From: Nitrospinales bacterium
GTDB taxonomy: Bacteria > Nitrospinota > Nitrospinia > Nitrospinales > VA-1
Reading direction: 5' to 3'
NCBI GenBank assembly: GCA_965223345.1
Contig: CBDCWG010000007.1
Location: 32,001 to 96,000, forward strand
Length of the DNA: 64,000 nucleotides
The notes below the pieces were generated by a model. The model was given only the letters and a program-made list of their open reading frames with translations, did not search any database and was not told the DNA's origin. Both the position numbers and the translations under genes were made by a program. This document shows positions 28,601 to 38,166 of the stretch, piece after piece (position 1 is the first letter of the stretch; each line of letters opens with the position of its first letter).

Positions 28601-28691
28601 AATCAATATTTTATAAAGATCTAACGCCTGACAGAGACTACGTTATCCCGTATTTTTATGGTTTCCCATTGCGGAGTTACGGAAATCCGTT
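28601..28691. promoter_or_regulatory. IHF site plus three candidate bEBP upstream activator sites
   Basis: AATCAATATTTTA (28601-28613) fits WATCAANNNNTTR; TACG-N6-CGTA (28639-28652), TATG-N6-CATT (28657-28670), TACG-N6-CGTT (28678-28691). Confidence 0.6.
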
Positions 28692-28704
28692 CTATATTGA
28701 CGGC

Positions 28705-30339
28705 ATGAACCCGGATCGGGAATGGAACGAATTCGAATACATGCGGGAATTCCTGCTGTCCCTGCCGCATCAGCGCAAGCTGGAATCCCTGTTGGGGACG
28801 GTGGTCGAAAGCTACGCCCGCAAAGACCCTGTGGTGGCACTCGCCCGCATCTGGCTGGTGGGCCCCGGCGACCGCTGCGATTCCTGTGCGCTGCGGACGG
28901 TGTGTCCGGATCAAACCGAGTGCCTGCATCTGGCGGCGGAATGCTACAAAAAGCCTCCACAAGATCAGACCGCACTGGCGCGGGAATTTGAACGCATCCC
29001 GCTGGGGCTCGGCAAGGTCGGCCGCTGCGCCGTCACGGGCCAACAGGAAGACATCGGCGATCTGGAAGCAGACGTGCCGCACGCGGTCTCAAAAACCTGG
29101 GCGGAGCAGGAGCGCATCCTCGGGCTGGGCGTGACCCCCCTCATTCAGCAGGGAAAAACCCTGGGCGTCATCGCCGCCTGCATCCTGGACGAGGTGAAGG
29201 TGGAGGGGGAAGGCCTGTTCTGGGCCCGACTGGTGGCGGATTCCATCGCCGCCTCGATCGCCAATGTGCGCGCCTTCGAGGAAATCCAGACGCTCAAGGA
29301 GCGGCTCGAACGCGACAACGAATACCTGAGCGAGGAAATCCTCGAGTCGCAGGCCTACGGGGAGATCATCGGCCAGAGTCCGTCCTTGAAAAACGTGGCC
29401 GAGCAGATCGGCATGGTGGCGGGCACCGACGCCAATGTGCTGATCACCGGTGAGTCGGGAACCGGCAAGGAGCTGGTGGCGCGCGAGATCCACAAACGCA
29501 GCGCGCGCTCATTGCGGCCGCTGATCAAGGTGAACTGCGCGTCCATCCCGAAGGATCTGTACGAGAGCGAGTTTTTCGGCCACGTGAAGGGAGCGTTCAC
29601 GGGCGCGGTGCAGGACCGTCAGGGACGGTTCGAGCTGGCGGACGGGGCGACGCTGTTTCTGGATGAAGTCGGCGAGGTGCCGCTGGATCTGCAGAGCAAG
29701 CTGCTCAGGGTGCTGCAGGAAGGCGAATACGAAAAGATCGGCGATGCGCGCACCCGCAAATGCGATGTGCGGATCATCGCCGCCACCAACCGCGACCTGA
29801 AGGTCGAGATCATCAAGGGCCGGTTCCGCGAGGACCTGTACTACCGGCTCAACGTGTTCCCCATCGAGCTTCCCTCTCTGCGCGAGCGCCGGGAGGACAT
29901 CCCGCTTCTGGCGCAGCATTTTCTGGGGATCGCCAGCAGGAAGTTCAACAAGCCGGTCAAGCCGCTGGCGGCGGACCGCATCGAAATCCTGAAAAACTAT
30001 GCGTGGCCGGGCAACGTGCGCGAATTGCAGAATGTGCTGGAACGGGCGGTCATCACGTCGCGCCGCGGCGAATTGCAGCTGGATCTCGAACCGCCGGCTT
30101 CCAAAGACACGGCGACCGCACGGAAAACGGAACCGGCTGCCGGGGAGAGGATCTATTCGGATGCGGAGATGAAAGAGCGCGAACGGGAGAACACCCTGCG
30201 GGCGCTCGAACGCTGCGGCGGCCGGATTTTCGGGAAAAACGGCGCGGCCCGGCTGCTCGGCGTCAAACCGACGACGCTGGCCACGCGCATTCAGGCGATG
30301 GGACTCAAAAAAACCTATGCGGCCCGCAAAGCGAAATGA
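28705..30339 (+). CDS. sigma-54-dependent activator (Cys-rich GAF - AAA+ - Fis HTH)
   Basis: [48 protein letters not shown]-terminal HTH; N-terminal CDSC-x5-C-x5-C. Confidence 0.95.
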   Translation: MNPDREWNEFEYMREFLLSLPHQRKLESLLGTVVESYARKDPVVALARIWLVGPGDRCDSCALRTVCPDQTECLHLAAECYKKPPQDQTALAREFERIPLGLGKVGRCAVTGQQEDIGDLEADVPHAVSKTWAEQERILGLGVTPLIQQGKTLGVIAACILDEVKVEGEGLFWARLVADSIAASIANVRAFEEIQTLKERLERDNEYLSEEILESQAYGEIIGQSPSLKNVAEQIGMVAGTDANVLITGESGTGKELVAREIHKRSARSLRPLIKVNCASIPKDLYESEFFGHVKGAFTGAVQDRQGRFELADGATLFLDEVGEVPLDLQSKLLRVLQEGEYEKIGDARTRKCDVRIIAATNRDLKVEIIKGRFREDLYYRLNVFPIELPSLRERREDIPLLAQHFLGIASRKFNKPVKPLAADRIEILKNYAWPGNVRELQNVLERAVITSRRGELQLDLEPPASKDTATARKTEPAAGERIYSDAEMKERERENTLRALERCGGRIFGKNGAARLLGVKPTTLATRIQAMGLKKTYAARKAK

Positions 30340-30664
30340 CGATCGCGCCTGCAAACGCCGGATTCGGCAGGCGGAAGCGGCTGCATTTTTCTCTCAACGC
30401 CTTTAAAAGCGATGTTTGTGCGGACTCTCGCAGCAAAATCCGCCTCCTTTCGGAGAGAAGATGGACGAGAGTCTCTTTTTTTCAACTTCCCATTGTCCCC
30501 AAAAGCGTCGCCCTGAACATCGGCCGCAATCCGGCAGGGGATGCCGGCACTCAAATGTCCGGCATCGGGAAGTGTGAAAAAGCCCTCTGGGAAGCCCTCA
30601 GGGTGACGGGATACTGCCTTAAATTCTAAGGGTTTTCTCGCCATTCGCGGCGGGAACATTTAAG

Positions 30665-30694
30665 TTGACAGAAAAACGACCCTGCTTATATACT
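30665..30694 (+). promoter_or_regulatory. Putative sigma-70 promoter for nuoE
   Basis: TTGACA-N18-TATACT. Confidence 0.55.
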
Positions 30695-30835
30695 TCCCCC
30701 TTCCACCCCAGCGAAAGTGGAAGAAAATCAACCAAAGAGAGTTTTGGGATCGGGTGAATCCCTTTCGCCGCCAAAATTTTTTATAATCTTAGAGCCATTA
30801 CGAACTGAAAGCCTTTCACGAGACGAGTTCGCCCT

Positions 30836-31402
30836 ATGGAAACCAACGACACGACCACCGATCAGGCAGTGGCTGAGGAAGAAGAAAAAGAGATAGACCT
30901 CGCGCCGGCGCAGGAAATTCTGGATAAAATTCCGGACACGGCGAAAAACCGACGCTACCTGATTCCGACGCTGCAGAAAGTTCAGAATGCCTACCGCTAC
31001 CTGCCCGACGAAGCGATGAAGCTTCTGATGCGCAAATTCAACATCACGCGCGCGGAAATCTACGGAGTGATCTCGTTTTACCCGCAATTGATGATCACGG
31101 AGCCGGGGAGATACATCTTCAAGCTCTGCTACGGCACCGCCTGCTTCGTCAAGGGGGCGAACATCATCGCCGACCGGATCTTCGATGAATACCACATCCG
31201 CCCCGGTGAAACCGACAAGGGCAAGATCTTCACCCTGCAGACCGCTTCCTGCCTGGGCAACTGCGGCGCGGCGCCGATGGCCATCATCGGCGACGACACG
31301 CACGGAACCATCGACCCTGAAAAAACTTCCGAACTTTGCGCCAGCTATCGGGACCGGCCGGACGAGGCCGAACCGGCGGGCGAGGAGAAAGAATCTGAAT
31401 GA
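30836..31402 (+). CDS. nuoE: NADH-quinone oxidoreductase subunit E-like [2Fe-2S] protein
   Basis: LIPTLQKVQ..YLP..YGVISFY; CYGTAC..SCLGNCGAAP. Confidence 0.88.
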   Translation: METNDTTTDQAVAEEEEKEIDLAPAQEILDKIPDTAKNRRYLIPTLQKVQNAYRYLPDEAMKLLMRKFNITRAEIYGVISFYPQLMITEPGRYIFKLCYGTACFVKGANIIADRIFDEYHIRPGETDKGKIFTLQTASCLGNCGAAPMAIIGDDTHGTIDPEKTSELCASYRDRPDEAEPAGEEKESE

Positions 31403-33975
31403 GCACTGTAGCGAAAAAAACCGTTCACTTTAAAATCGACGGCAAGGATGTCACGGCGCCGGAGGGCACGGTCATCCTGGAAGCGTGCAAGCAGCAGGGA
31501 TTCGAGGTGACCAATCTCTGCTACAACCGCAAACTGAAACCGTTCGCCGCCTGCCGCACCTGCATGGTGGAAAAATGGAACGACGGCAACAAGGAGCTGG
31601 TGTATTCCTGCACCGAGCCGGTGGCCGAGGGCATCGAGGTCAAGACCAACACCGAGGAAACCGACCGCTACAACAGCGCGTGCCTGGAGATGCTCCTGGT
31701 CGAGCATCCCCTGGACTGTCCGATCTGCGACAAATCCGGCGTCTGTCCTTTACAGGATAATACCGACGCGCTCAAGCTCTACAACGGACGCTTCGAGATC
31801 AACCGGCGCAATGAGCCGAGCATCAAGACCAACCCGATCATCGAATTCTATCTCAACCGCTGCATCATGTGCGGCCTGTGCGTGCGCGCCTGCGACGAGA
31901 TCCAGGGCGTGCAGGCGCTCGACTATCACCAGCGGGGCCGCAGCGTGGGCATCGGCACCGCCAACGACGAACCGCTCGACTGCGAATTCTGCGGCCAGTG
32001 CATCACGGTCTGCCCGACCGGCGCGCTGATGGACATGACCTCGGGAGCCCGCGGGCTCGCCGCCATGTTCAAGCAGACGCACAGCACCTGCAACTACTGT
32101 TCGTGGGGCTGCACGGTGCGGATGGAATCGAAAAGCGGCAAGGTGGTGCGCATCGAAGGCGACGAATCCTACAACCTCGGCATCAACGAGGGCAACCTGT
32201 GCGCCAAGGGCCGCTTCGGGCACGGCATCATCCACAACGAGGACCGCATCCAGACCCCGCTGATGAACTTCGGCGGCGAATTCAAGGAAGTGTCCTGGGA
32301 CGAAGCGCTGAGCACGATCGCCGAACGGTTTCAAGCGACGGTCAACCGCGGCGGGCCGGAAGCGATCGCCGGCATCGGTTCGGAAAAGATGACCAACGAG
32401 GAAGCCTACCTGTTCCAGAAACTGTTCCGCGGGCATTTCGGCTCCAACCAGGTGACCAATCTTTCGGAGCTGCGCGCGCCGTATGTGAACCGCTTCATGG
32501 TCGAATGCTTCGAAAACGGCATCGAGTCCAAGCCGGTCACGGAGCTGGAAAACGCGGACGTGGTGCTGATCTTCAATTCGGACCTGCCTTCGGAATACCC
32601 GGTCGGCGGCAACTCGGTGCGCAAGGGCGCGGTGTTCACCAAAACCGACATCCTGATCGCCAACCCGCGCAACGTGGTGTTCAACAACGAGTCGCCGATC
32701 GACATCCGGCTGACCTACACGCACGGCGCCGACCTGGCCGTGGCGAACCGCTTGTGCCGCATCCTGATCGACAACAAGCTCGTCGATACCGCGAAAGTCA
32801 AAGCGGCGCTGCCCAACTACGACGAGCTGGTGAAATCGCTCAAGCCCTACACGGATAAAGAGGCGGAAAAACTCACCGGCCTTTCCGATGCCATCCTCAC
32901 GCAGGCGGCGGAGCGGTTCGCGCGCGATGCGGACCGGTTCATCCTCATCGGCAACGACATTCTCGACACGGGACAGGGTGAAGACGTACTCAAGGCCCTG
33001 CTCAACCTGTCGCTCCTGGTGCAGCACGGCTCCACCGGCAGCGTCAGCATCTACCCGCCGCGCGAGCACTGCAATTCCCAGGGGGTCAACGACATGGGCG
33101 TGACGCCCGTGTTCCTGCCGGGATACCAGCCGGCGGACAACAAGGAACCCAATCTCGCGGAAAACCTGTTCGAAAACTGCGCGCAGGGCAAGATCAAGCT
33201 GCTCTACATCGCCGGCGAGGATCCGCTGCAAACCTATTACAAGGCGGCGCTCGCCAAGGACGCGCTGCAGACGGTGCCGTTTCTGGTGGTGCAGGACATC
33301 TTCATGACGGAAACCGCGAAAATGGCGGACATCATCCTCCCGCTTTCGACGTTCGCCGAAAAGGAAGGCACCTACACCAACATGACCCGGCACGTGCAGA
33401 AGGTGAACCCGGCGACGCTGCCGCTGGGAACCTCCAAACCGGATTTCGACATCCTGTGCGAGCTGGCCGAGGCGATCGGCAAGCCGTTCGCAAGCGGCAG
33501 CATCCAGGAAGTGCAGGAGGAGATCGCCAAAGAAGTGGCGATCTATGCGGATGTGTTTCCCGGCGACGACTCGAAGCAGTGGAAGCCGACCGGATTCGCG
33601 ACGAAAGCGGAGTTTAAAATCTGCGCGCCCTACAAAAAAGCGGAGGGTAACGGATCGTATCCGTTCAGCCTGCAGACCAACAACCACATGTTCCACATCG
33701 GCAGCTACACCCAGCATGCGAAAGCGCTGGTGGACATCGGTCCCGAATGCCTAGCCGAGATCCATCCCGAGGATGCGGAAAACCTGGGCGTGGACACCGG
33801 CGACACGATCGTCGTGGAATCGGCGAGCGGCAAGGTGGAAGTGAAGGTCAAGACGAGCCCGGTGAGCGCGAAAGGCATGCTGTATATTCCGAAAAACTGG
33901 ACGGACGTTCCGGTCCACAGCCTGCGCAACGGCGAAGAGGGGCTGGTTTCCATCAAGGTTTCCAAGGCCGGCTGA
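31399..33975 (+). CDS. nuoG: NuoG-like / molybdopterin oxidoreductase family Fe-S protein
   Basis: [2Fe-2S] C..ACRTC..C; HPLDCPICDKSGVC; CIMCGLCVRAC; CEFCGQCITVCP; CNYCSWGC..LCAKG; FAEKEGTYTN; ATGA overlap with nuoE. Confidence 0.78.
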   Translation: MSTVAKKTVHFKIDGKDVTAPEGTVILEACKQQGFEVTNLCYNRKLKPFAACRTCMVEKWNDGNKELVYSCTEPVAEGIEVKTNTEETDRYNSACLEMLLVEHPLDCPICDKSGVCPLQDNTDALKLYNGRFEINRRNEPSIKTNPIIEFYLNRCIMCGLCVRACDEIQGVQALDYHQRGRSVGIGTANDEPLDCEFCGQCITVCPTGALMDMTSGARGLAAMFKQTHSTCNYCSWGCTVRMESKSGKVVRIEGDESYNLGINEGNLCAKGRFGHGIIHNEDRIQTPLMNFGGEFKEVSWDEALSTIAERFQATVNRGGPEAIAGIGSEKMTNEEAYLFQKLFRGHFGSNQVTNLSELRAPYVNRFMVECFENGIESKPVTELENADVVLIFNSDLPSEYPVGGNSVRKGAVFTKTDILIANPRNVVFNNESPIDIRLTYTHGADLAVANRLCRILIDNKLVDTAKVKAALPNYDELVKSLKPYTDKEAEKLTGLSDAILTQAAERFARDADRFILIGNDILDTGQGEDVLKALLNLSLLVQHGSTGSVSIYPPREHCNSQGVNDMGVTPVFLPGYQPADNKEPNLAENLFENCAQGKIKLLYIAGEDPLQTYYKAALAKDALQTVPFLVVQDIFMTETAKMADIILPLSTFAEKEGTYTNMTRHVQKVNPATLPLGTSKPDFDILCELAEAIGKPFASGSIQEVQEEIAKEVAIYADVFPGDDSKQWKPTGFATKAEFKICAPYKKAEGNGSYPFSLQTNNHMFHIGSYTQHAKALVDIGPECLAEIHPEDAENLGVDTGDTIVVESASGKVEVKVKTSPVSAKGMLYIPKNWTDVPVHSLRNGEEGLVSIKVSKAG

Positions 33976-34050
33976 CAGTGACCGGCTTCATTTTCAATCC
34001 GGGAGCGACTTCTCCCGCCGGCTTCGGCCGGGCGCAACTTCTCAAACTCC

Positions 34051-35241
34051 ATGGCTGATTTAAAAGAAAGTCTGCATACCGATCACATGGTCCTGAACAT
34101 GGGACCTTCCCACCCTGCCACCCACGGCACGGTGAAGTTCCTTCTGACTCTGGACGGCGAAACGGTCGTGGACATGGTGGTCGAGGTCGGCTACCTGCAC
34201 CGCGGGTTCGAGAAGATGTGCGAGAGCGTCACCTACTCCAACGTGTTCCCCTACACGGACCGCCTGAACTACTGTTCGGCGATCATGAACAACATCGGGT
34301 TCGCGCTGGCGGTGGAAAAGCTGTGCGACATCCAGACGACGGACCGCTGCGACTACATCCGTGTCGTCACCAACGAGTTGTCCCGCATCTCGGACCACTA
34401 CACCAACATCGCGGCGGCGGCGCTGGAGCTGGGGGCACTGACGGCCTTCATCTATTTCGTGGAAGCGAGGGAAATCGTCTGGGATCTTTTGGAAAAAGTC
34501 TGCGGCGCGCGCCTGACTTCCAACTACGTCCGCATCGGCGGGCTGATGTGCGATCTGCCTCCGGGGTTCGATGAAGATCTGGAAGCGTCCTACAAAAAAC
34601 TCGATCCGCTGTTCGACGATGTGGACAAGCTGCTGACGAAAAACCGCATCTTCCTCGACCGCATGCGCGACACCGGCGCGATTTCTGCGGAGGACGCGAT
34701 CAACTGGGGATTCACCGGGCCGTGCCTGCGGGCCTGTGGGGTCGATTACGACGTGCGCAAAAAACATCCGTACCTGGTGTACGACCGGCTCGATTTCGAC
34801 ATCCCGCTGGGAACCACCGGCGACAATTTCGACCGCTACCTGGTGCGCATGGAAGAGATCAAGCAGAGCTTCAAGATCATCAAGCAGGCCATGAAGGACA
34901 TGCCCGACGGCCCGATCAACGTGGCCAACCCTTACATGCGCAACCCGGCCAAGCCGGATGTGTATTCGCGCATGGAAGAGATGATCGCGCATTTCAAGAT
35001 GGTGATCGACGGCCTCAAACCCCCGGTGGGCGAAGTCTATTTTCCTTCCGAAGCGGCGAACGGCGAGCTGGGTTTTTACATCGTCAGCGACGGAACGGGC
35101 AACCCCTACAAATGCCGTGTGCGCCCGCCCTGCTTCACCATGACCGCCGCTCTCGCGGACATCTGCAAGGGAGGGATGCTGGCGGACATCATTCCCACGT
35201 TCGACATGATCAACATGATCGGCGGTGAGTGCGACCGCTGA
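34051..35241 (+). CDS. nuoD: NADH-quinone oxidoreductase subunit D
   Basis: NMGPSHPATHG, GYLHRGFEK, YTDRLNY, GELGFY, GGECDR. Confidence 0.96.
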   Translation: MADLKESLHTDHMVLNMGPSHPATHGTVKFLLTLDGETVVDMVVEVGYLHRGFEKMCESVTYSNVFPYTDRLNYCSAIMNNIGFALAVEKLCDIQTTDRCDYIRVVTNELSRISDHYTNIAAAALELGALTAFIYFVEAREIVWDLLEKVCGARLTSNYVRIGGLMCDLPPGFDEDLEASYKKLDPLFDDVDKLLTKNRIFLDRMRDTGAISAEDAINWGFTGPCLRACGVDYDVRKKHPYLVYDRLDFDIPLGTTGDNFDRYLVRMEEIKQSFKIIKQAMKDMPDGPINVANPYMRNPAKPDVYSRMEEMIAHFKMVIDGLKPPVGEVYFPSEAANGELGFYIVSDGTGNPYKCRVRPPCFTMTAALADICKGGMLADIIPTFDMINMIGGECDR

Positions 35242-35348
35242 CCTCGCGTCTTCTTATCCAAAAATAATCCACAATCCTCCCCGGCCTGGGTTATTCTGAT
35301 TTTTACTGCTGGATTTTCGACTCCACCCTGTGAGGACTGCTTTCCCCT

Positions 35349-36344
35349 ATGATGAACGGTCTCAAATTGTTTTTTCTGCTGGCCGGCTTCGCTCTTTTGG
35401 GCTGGGCGCTGCAATCGGTGGACCTCGCCGAGGTGATGGATCTGCTGGTGCGGCTGGGATGGGGGTTCGTTCTGATCTTCATGATCTACGGCACCATCAC
35501 CCTGATCGACACGCTGGCCTGGAAGTACTGCTTCCGCCCCCAGGAGACCCGCCGTTTCAATCTGTGGCAATTGTGGCGCATCCGGCAGATCGGCGACGCC
35601 TACAACACGATCACGCCGCTCGGCACGCTCGGCGGCGAGCCGGTGAAAGCGCAGCTGTTGAAGGACGGGCACGGGCTCACCTTCAAGCAGGGGATCGCTT
35701 CGCAGGTGGCCGCCAAAACCACCTTTCTCGCCGGCCTCATCCTGTTTTTCGTTCCGGGCATCGTCCTCATTTTGAACTCGCAGACGATCGCGGATGAGTT
35801 CAAGACCGTGAGCCTGGTGGGGATGGGCGTGTTTTCCCTGCTCATCTTTCTGTTTTTTCTCTTCCAGATCACCGGCATGCTGGGAATCCTGACGCGCTGG
35901 GTCGCCGGATTTTCCAAAGAGCGGGACGTGTTCGGGCAGTTGGAGAACCTGGACGGTAAGATGTCCGGGTTTTACCGGCAGCACCCGAAACGCGCCTGGC
36001 TTTCGGTGCTGATCGCGTTTGTGGGCTGGGTGATCGGATTGAGTGAGTTGTACCTGATGCTGTACCTGTTGGGGTACCCACCCACCTGGCAGGAGTTGTG
36101 GATGATGGAAGCGCTGGGGCAGTTCGTGCGGATGGGAACGTTTTTCATCCCCATGAGCATCGGCGCTCAGGAAGGGGGACTGATCCTCATCTTCAGCGCC
36201 CTGGGTTATCCGGCCAATCTGGGGCTCACGGTGTCGTTCGCCGCGAGGATCAAGCAACTGGTCTGGGTGGCGCTGGGGCTGGTGCTGGGCGGCTGGAACC
36301 TGGCGGTCAAGCCGGCGGCGATCCAGCCCGACGCTTCGGAGTGA
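35349..36344 (+). CDS. Flippase-like / lysylphosphatidylglycerol synthase TM domain protein (UPF0104)
   Basis: Multi-TM; IRQIGDAYNTITPLGTLGGEPVKA, IPMSIGAQEGG. Confidence 0.82.
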   Translation: MMNGLKLFFLLAGFALLGWALQSVDLAEVMDLLVRLGWGFVLIFMIYGTITLIDTLAWKYCFRPQETRRFNLWQLWRIRQIGDAYNTITPLGTLGGEPVKAQLLKDGHGLTFKQGIASQVAAKTTFLAGLILFFVPGIVLILNSQTIADEFKTVSLVGMGVFSLLIFLFFLFQITGMLGILTRWVAGFSKERDVFGQLENLDGKMSGFYRQHPKRAWLSVLIAFVGWVIGLSELYLMLYLLGYPPTWQELWMMEALGQFVRMGTFFIPMSIGAQEGGLILIFSALGYPANLGLTVSFAARIKQLVWVALGLVLGGWNLAVKPAAIQPDASE

Positions 36345-36387
36345 GAATCCCGCACATCCTTCTTTTTGAAAGCGGCGCCGGATGCAC

Positions 36388-36807
36388 TCAGTGGACGTCG
36401 CGGCGGACGCCACGGTCGCGGCCCCGGCCACCGGGGGTGCGCTTCATGGATTCGGTGAAAACATCCCGCTCCTGCACCAGACCGTCGTGTTTGGTGCGGA
36501 TGGGATCGATGCGGTTTTTTTCCACCTCCTGGGCGGCTTCGTCGATCATCTCTTCTTCCTTCTTCTTCGCCGCGTCCGGTTTCGCCTCTGCGGTCTGAGC
36601 CTCCCCGCCTTCCGGTGCGGCGGCGGCCTCGCCCTCGCCTTCCTTGGGCTCTTCCAGGGATTCCTCTTCCGCCTCTTTCATGGATTTTTTGAAGTTCTTG
36701 ATGCTGCGGCCGAAAGCACTGCCGATTTCCGGGAGCTTGCCGGCTCCAAAAATGATCATGATGATGACCAGAATGATCATCAACTCGGGAAAACCGATGC
36801 CCATCAT
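36388..36807 (-). CDS. tatA: Twin-arginine translocase TatA/TatE with long charged tail
   Basis: GIGFPELMIILVIIMIIFGAGKLPEIGSAFGRSIKNFKK; AGGAG RBS. Confidence 0.93.
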   Translation of the reverse strand: MMGIGFPELMIILVIIMIIFGAGKLPEIGSAFGRSIKNFKKSMKEAEEESLEEPKEGEGEAAAAPEGGEAQTAEAKPDAAKKKEEEMIDEAAQEVEKNRIDPIRTKHDGLVQERDVFTESMKRTPGGRGRDRGVRRDVH

Positions 36808-36966
36808 AATGAGTTTCTCCTATCGCCTGCGGGGTGAACGTGGGGCCAGTCTATCAGAAGCAACCCGCAAAAACACCTGTTTAGGCATATTTTCGCAAAA
36901 TATCGGCGGAGGGTGGGTGCGGGAAGTAAGACCGGGGTTGCGGCGCTGCCGGTGCGGAAAACGACA

Positions 36967-36992
36967 AAGAGGCCGGAAGGCTCCGGCCTCTT
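36967..36992 (-). terminator. Perfect hairpin, probable terminator of the 37066-37431 gene
   Basis: AAGAGGCCGGA-AGGC-TCCGGCCTCTT, 11-bp stem. Confidence 0.55.
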
Positions 36993-37065
36993 CATCTTCA
37001 GCGGATTTTCTGAGAGAACGTTTTGGGGCCGCGCAATCCGGACCCCGAAGTTCTGCGAAAAACCC

Positions 37066-37431
37066 TCAATGACCGATGTGTGCGTTCAGGATCGGTGAAT
37101 TGAGGATTTTCTGGTTGCCGTTGGCGTTCTTTTTCGCGGCTTTGAAATGCATGGTGGCTTCTCCATGCCGCCCCAGCTTGTCCAGGCTGATGGCTTCATT
37201 GAAATGCGTCTCGCCTTTGCTCGAGTCGATTTTGGAAGCCATCTTGAAATGCATGAGCGCGCCTTCGTAGTTGCCTTTCTTCCATTCCGCGATGCCTTCC
37301 TCGTTGTGTTTGTTAGCCTCGGCGTTGGACCCTTCCACCTGAGGAAGCTGCATGGGACCTTCTGCGGCAAAGGCGGTCATGGGAAGGAAACTGAACATAA
37401 AGACGGTCAACAGTAGCAAAACTTTTTTCAT
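37066..37431 (-). CDS. Small exported TPR protein
   Basis: GGGGAG RBS; signal peptide; two TPR-like helical pairs. Confidence 0.8.
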   Translation of the reverse strand: MKKVLLLLTVFMFSFLPMTAFAAEGPMQLPQVEGSNAEANKHNEEGIAEWKKGNYEGALMHFKMASKIDSSKGETHFNEAISLDKLGRHGEATMHFKAAKKNANGNQKILNSPILNAHIGH

Positions 37432-37677
37432 GGCGAAATGCTCCCCAATAAATGGTTTTAAATTACCCCCCCAAACTCGTGTGGATAAATATAAATTACC
37501 ATTTTGGCGTTTTTTTGAAAACCCTTATTTGGCAGGCGGAAGAACGGGAACCGGCGGTTTTTGAACCGATTGTCCCCTCCCCGCTGGCGCGGCAGACGCA
37601 GCGCCGTTACGCCGTGCGGATATTCCTGCGCTTTCCATTGTCAATTGGCAAACGCGGCGGCGGCGTCCCGGTGCGCA

Positions 37678-38166
37678 TCAGGGCTTTACGGCCGCACACG
37701 GCAACGCGGCCCTGCGGTGCGGATCGAGTTGTTTGAGAACGCCCCAGCCTCTGATTTTCAGTCCGATGCGGGAGGCGTAGGGGTTCCAGGCGGGACCGCC
37801 GGCGGCGCGCACGTGGACCTTGAGAGAGCCGGGGCCGTTCACGCTCACCCGTTGCAACGTGTCGCAGTGCGGCCCTTCGGTGATCTGATAGTCGTGGCGG
37901 CAGTACTCGCGGTCCGCAGGAAAAGACAGGACCGGATCGCCCGCACAGTGTTCGCCGGAGGACGCCGCACAGCGCACCGTCCACAGGAACGGCCGCACCG
38001 GCTGCGGCCCGGAGGCCGTGTGTGTCTCCGGCTGCCAGGCGCTTTTCACTGACGGCGCGGTGACGGCCGTGCAGCCCGCACCCCAAACCGGCAATAACAG
38101 AAACAGCCACACGCCACAGGCCCGGACTGGTTCACGCTGCAGGCCGCGGACGCCCGTTCGCTTCAC
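37678..38166 (-). CDS. Putative Cys-rich lipoprotein
   Basis: GTG 38166 overlaps the upstream stop (GTGA); hydrophobic VWLFLLLPVW followed by lipobox-like GAGC. Confidence 0.45.
   Translation of the reverse strand: MKRTGVRGLQREPVRACGVWLFLLLPVWGAGCTAVTAPSVKSAWQPETHTASGPQPVRPFLWTVRCAASSGEHCAGDPVLSFPADREYCRHDYQITEGPHCDTLQRVSVNGPGSLKVHVRAAGGPAWNPYASRIGLKIRGWGVLKQLDPHRRAALPCAAVKP

Noticed and set aside
30500..30640. Structured ncRNA between the bEBP gene and nuoE
   Set aside because: One hairpin (GATGCCGG..CCGGCATC) but no recognisable family features
31399..33975. Formate dehydrogenase alpha subunit
   Set aside because: No Cys/Sec-His Mo ligand motif and no in-frame TGA; flanked by nuoE and nuoD
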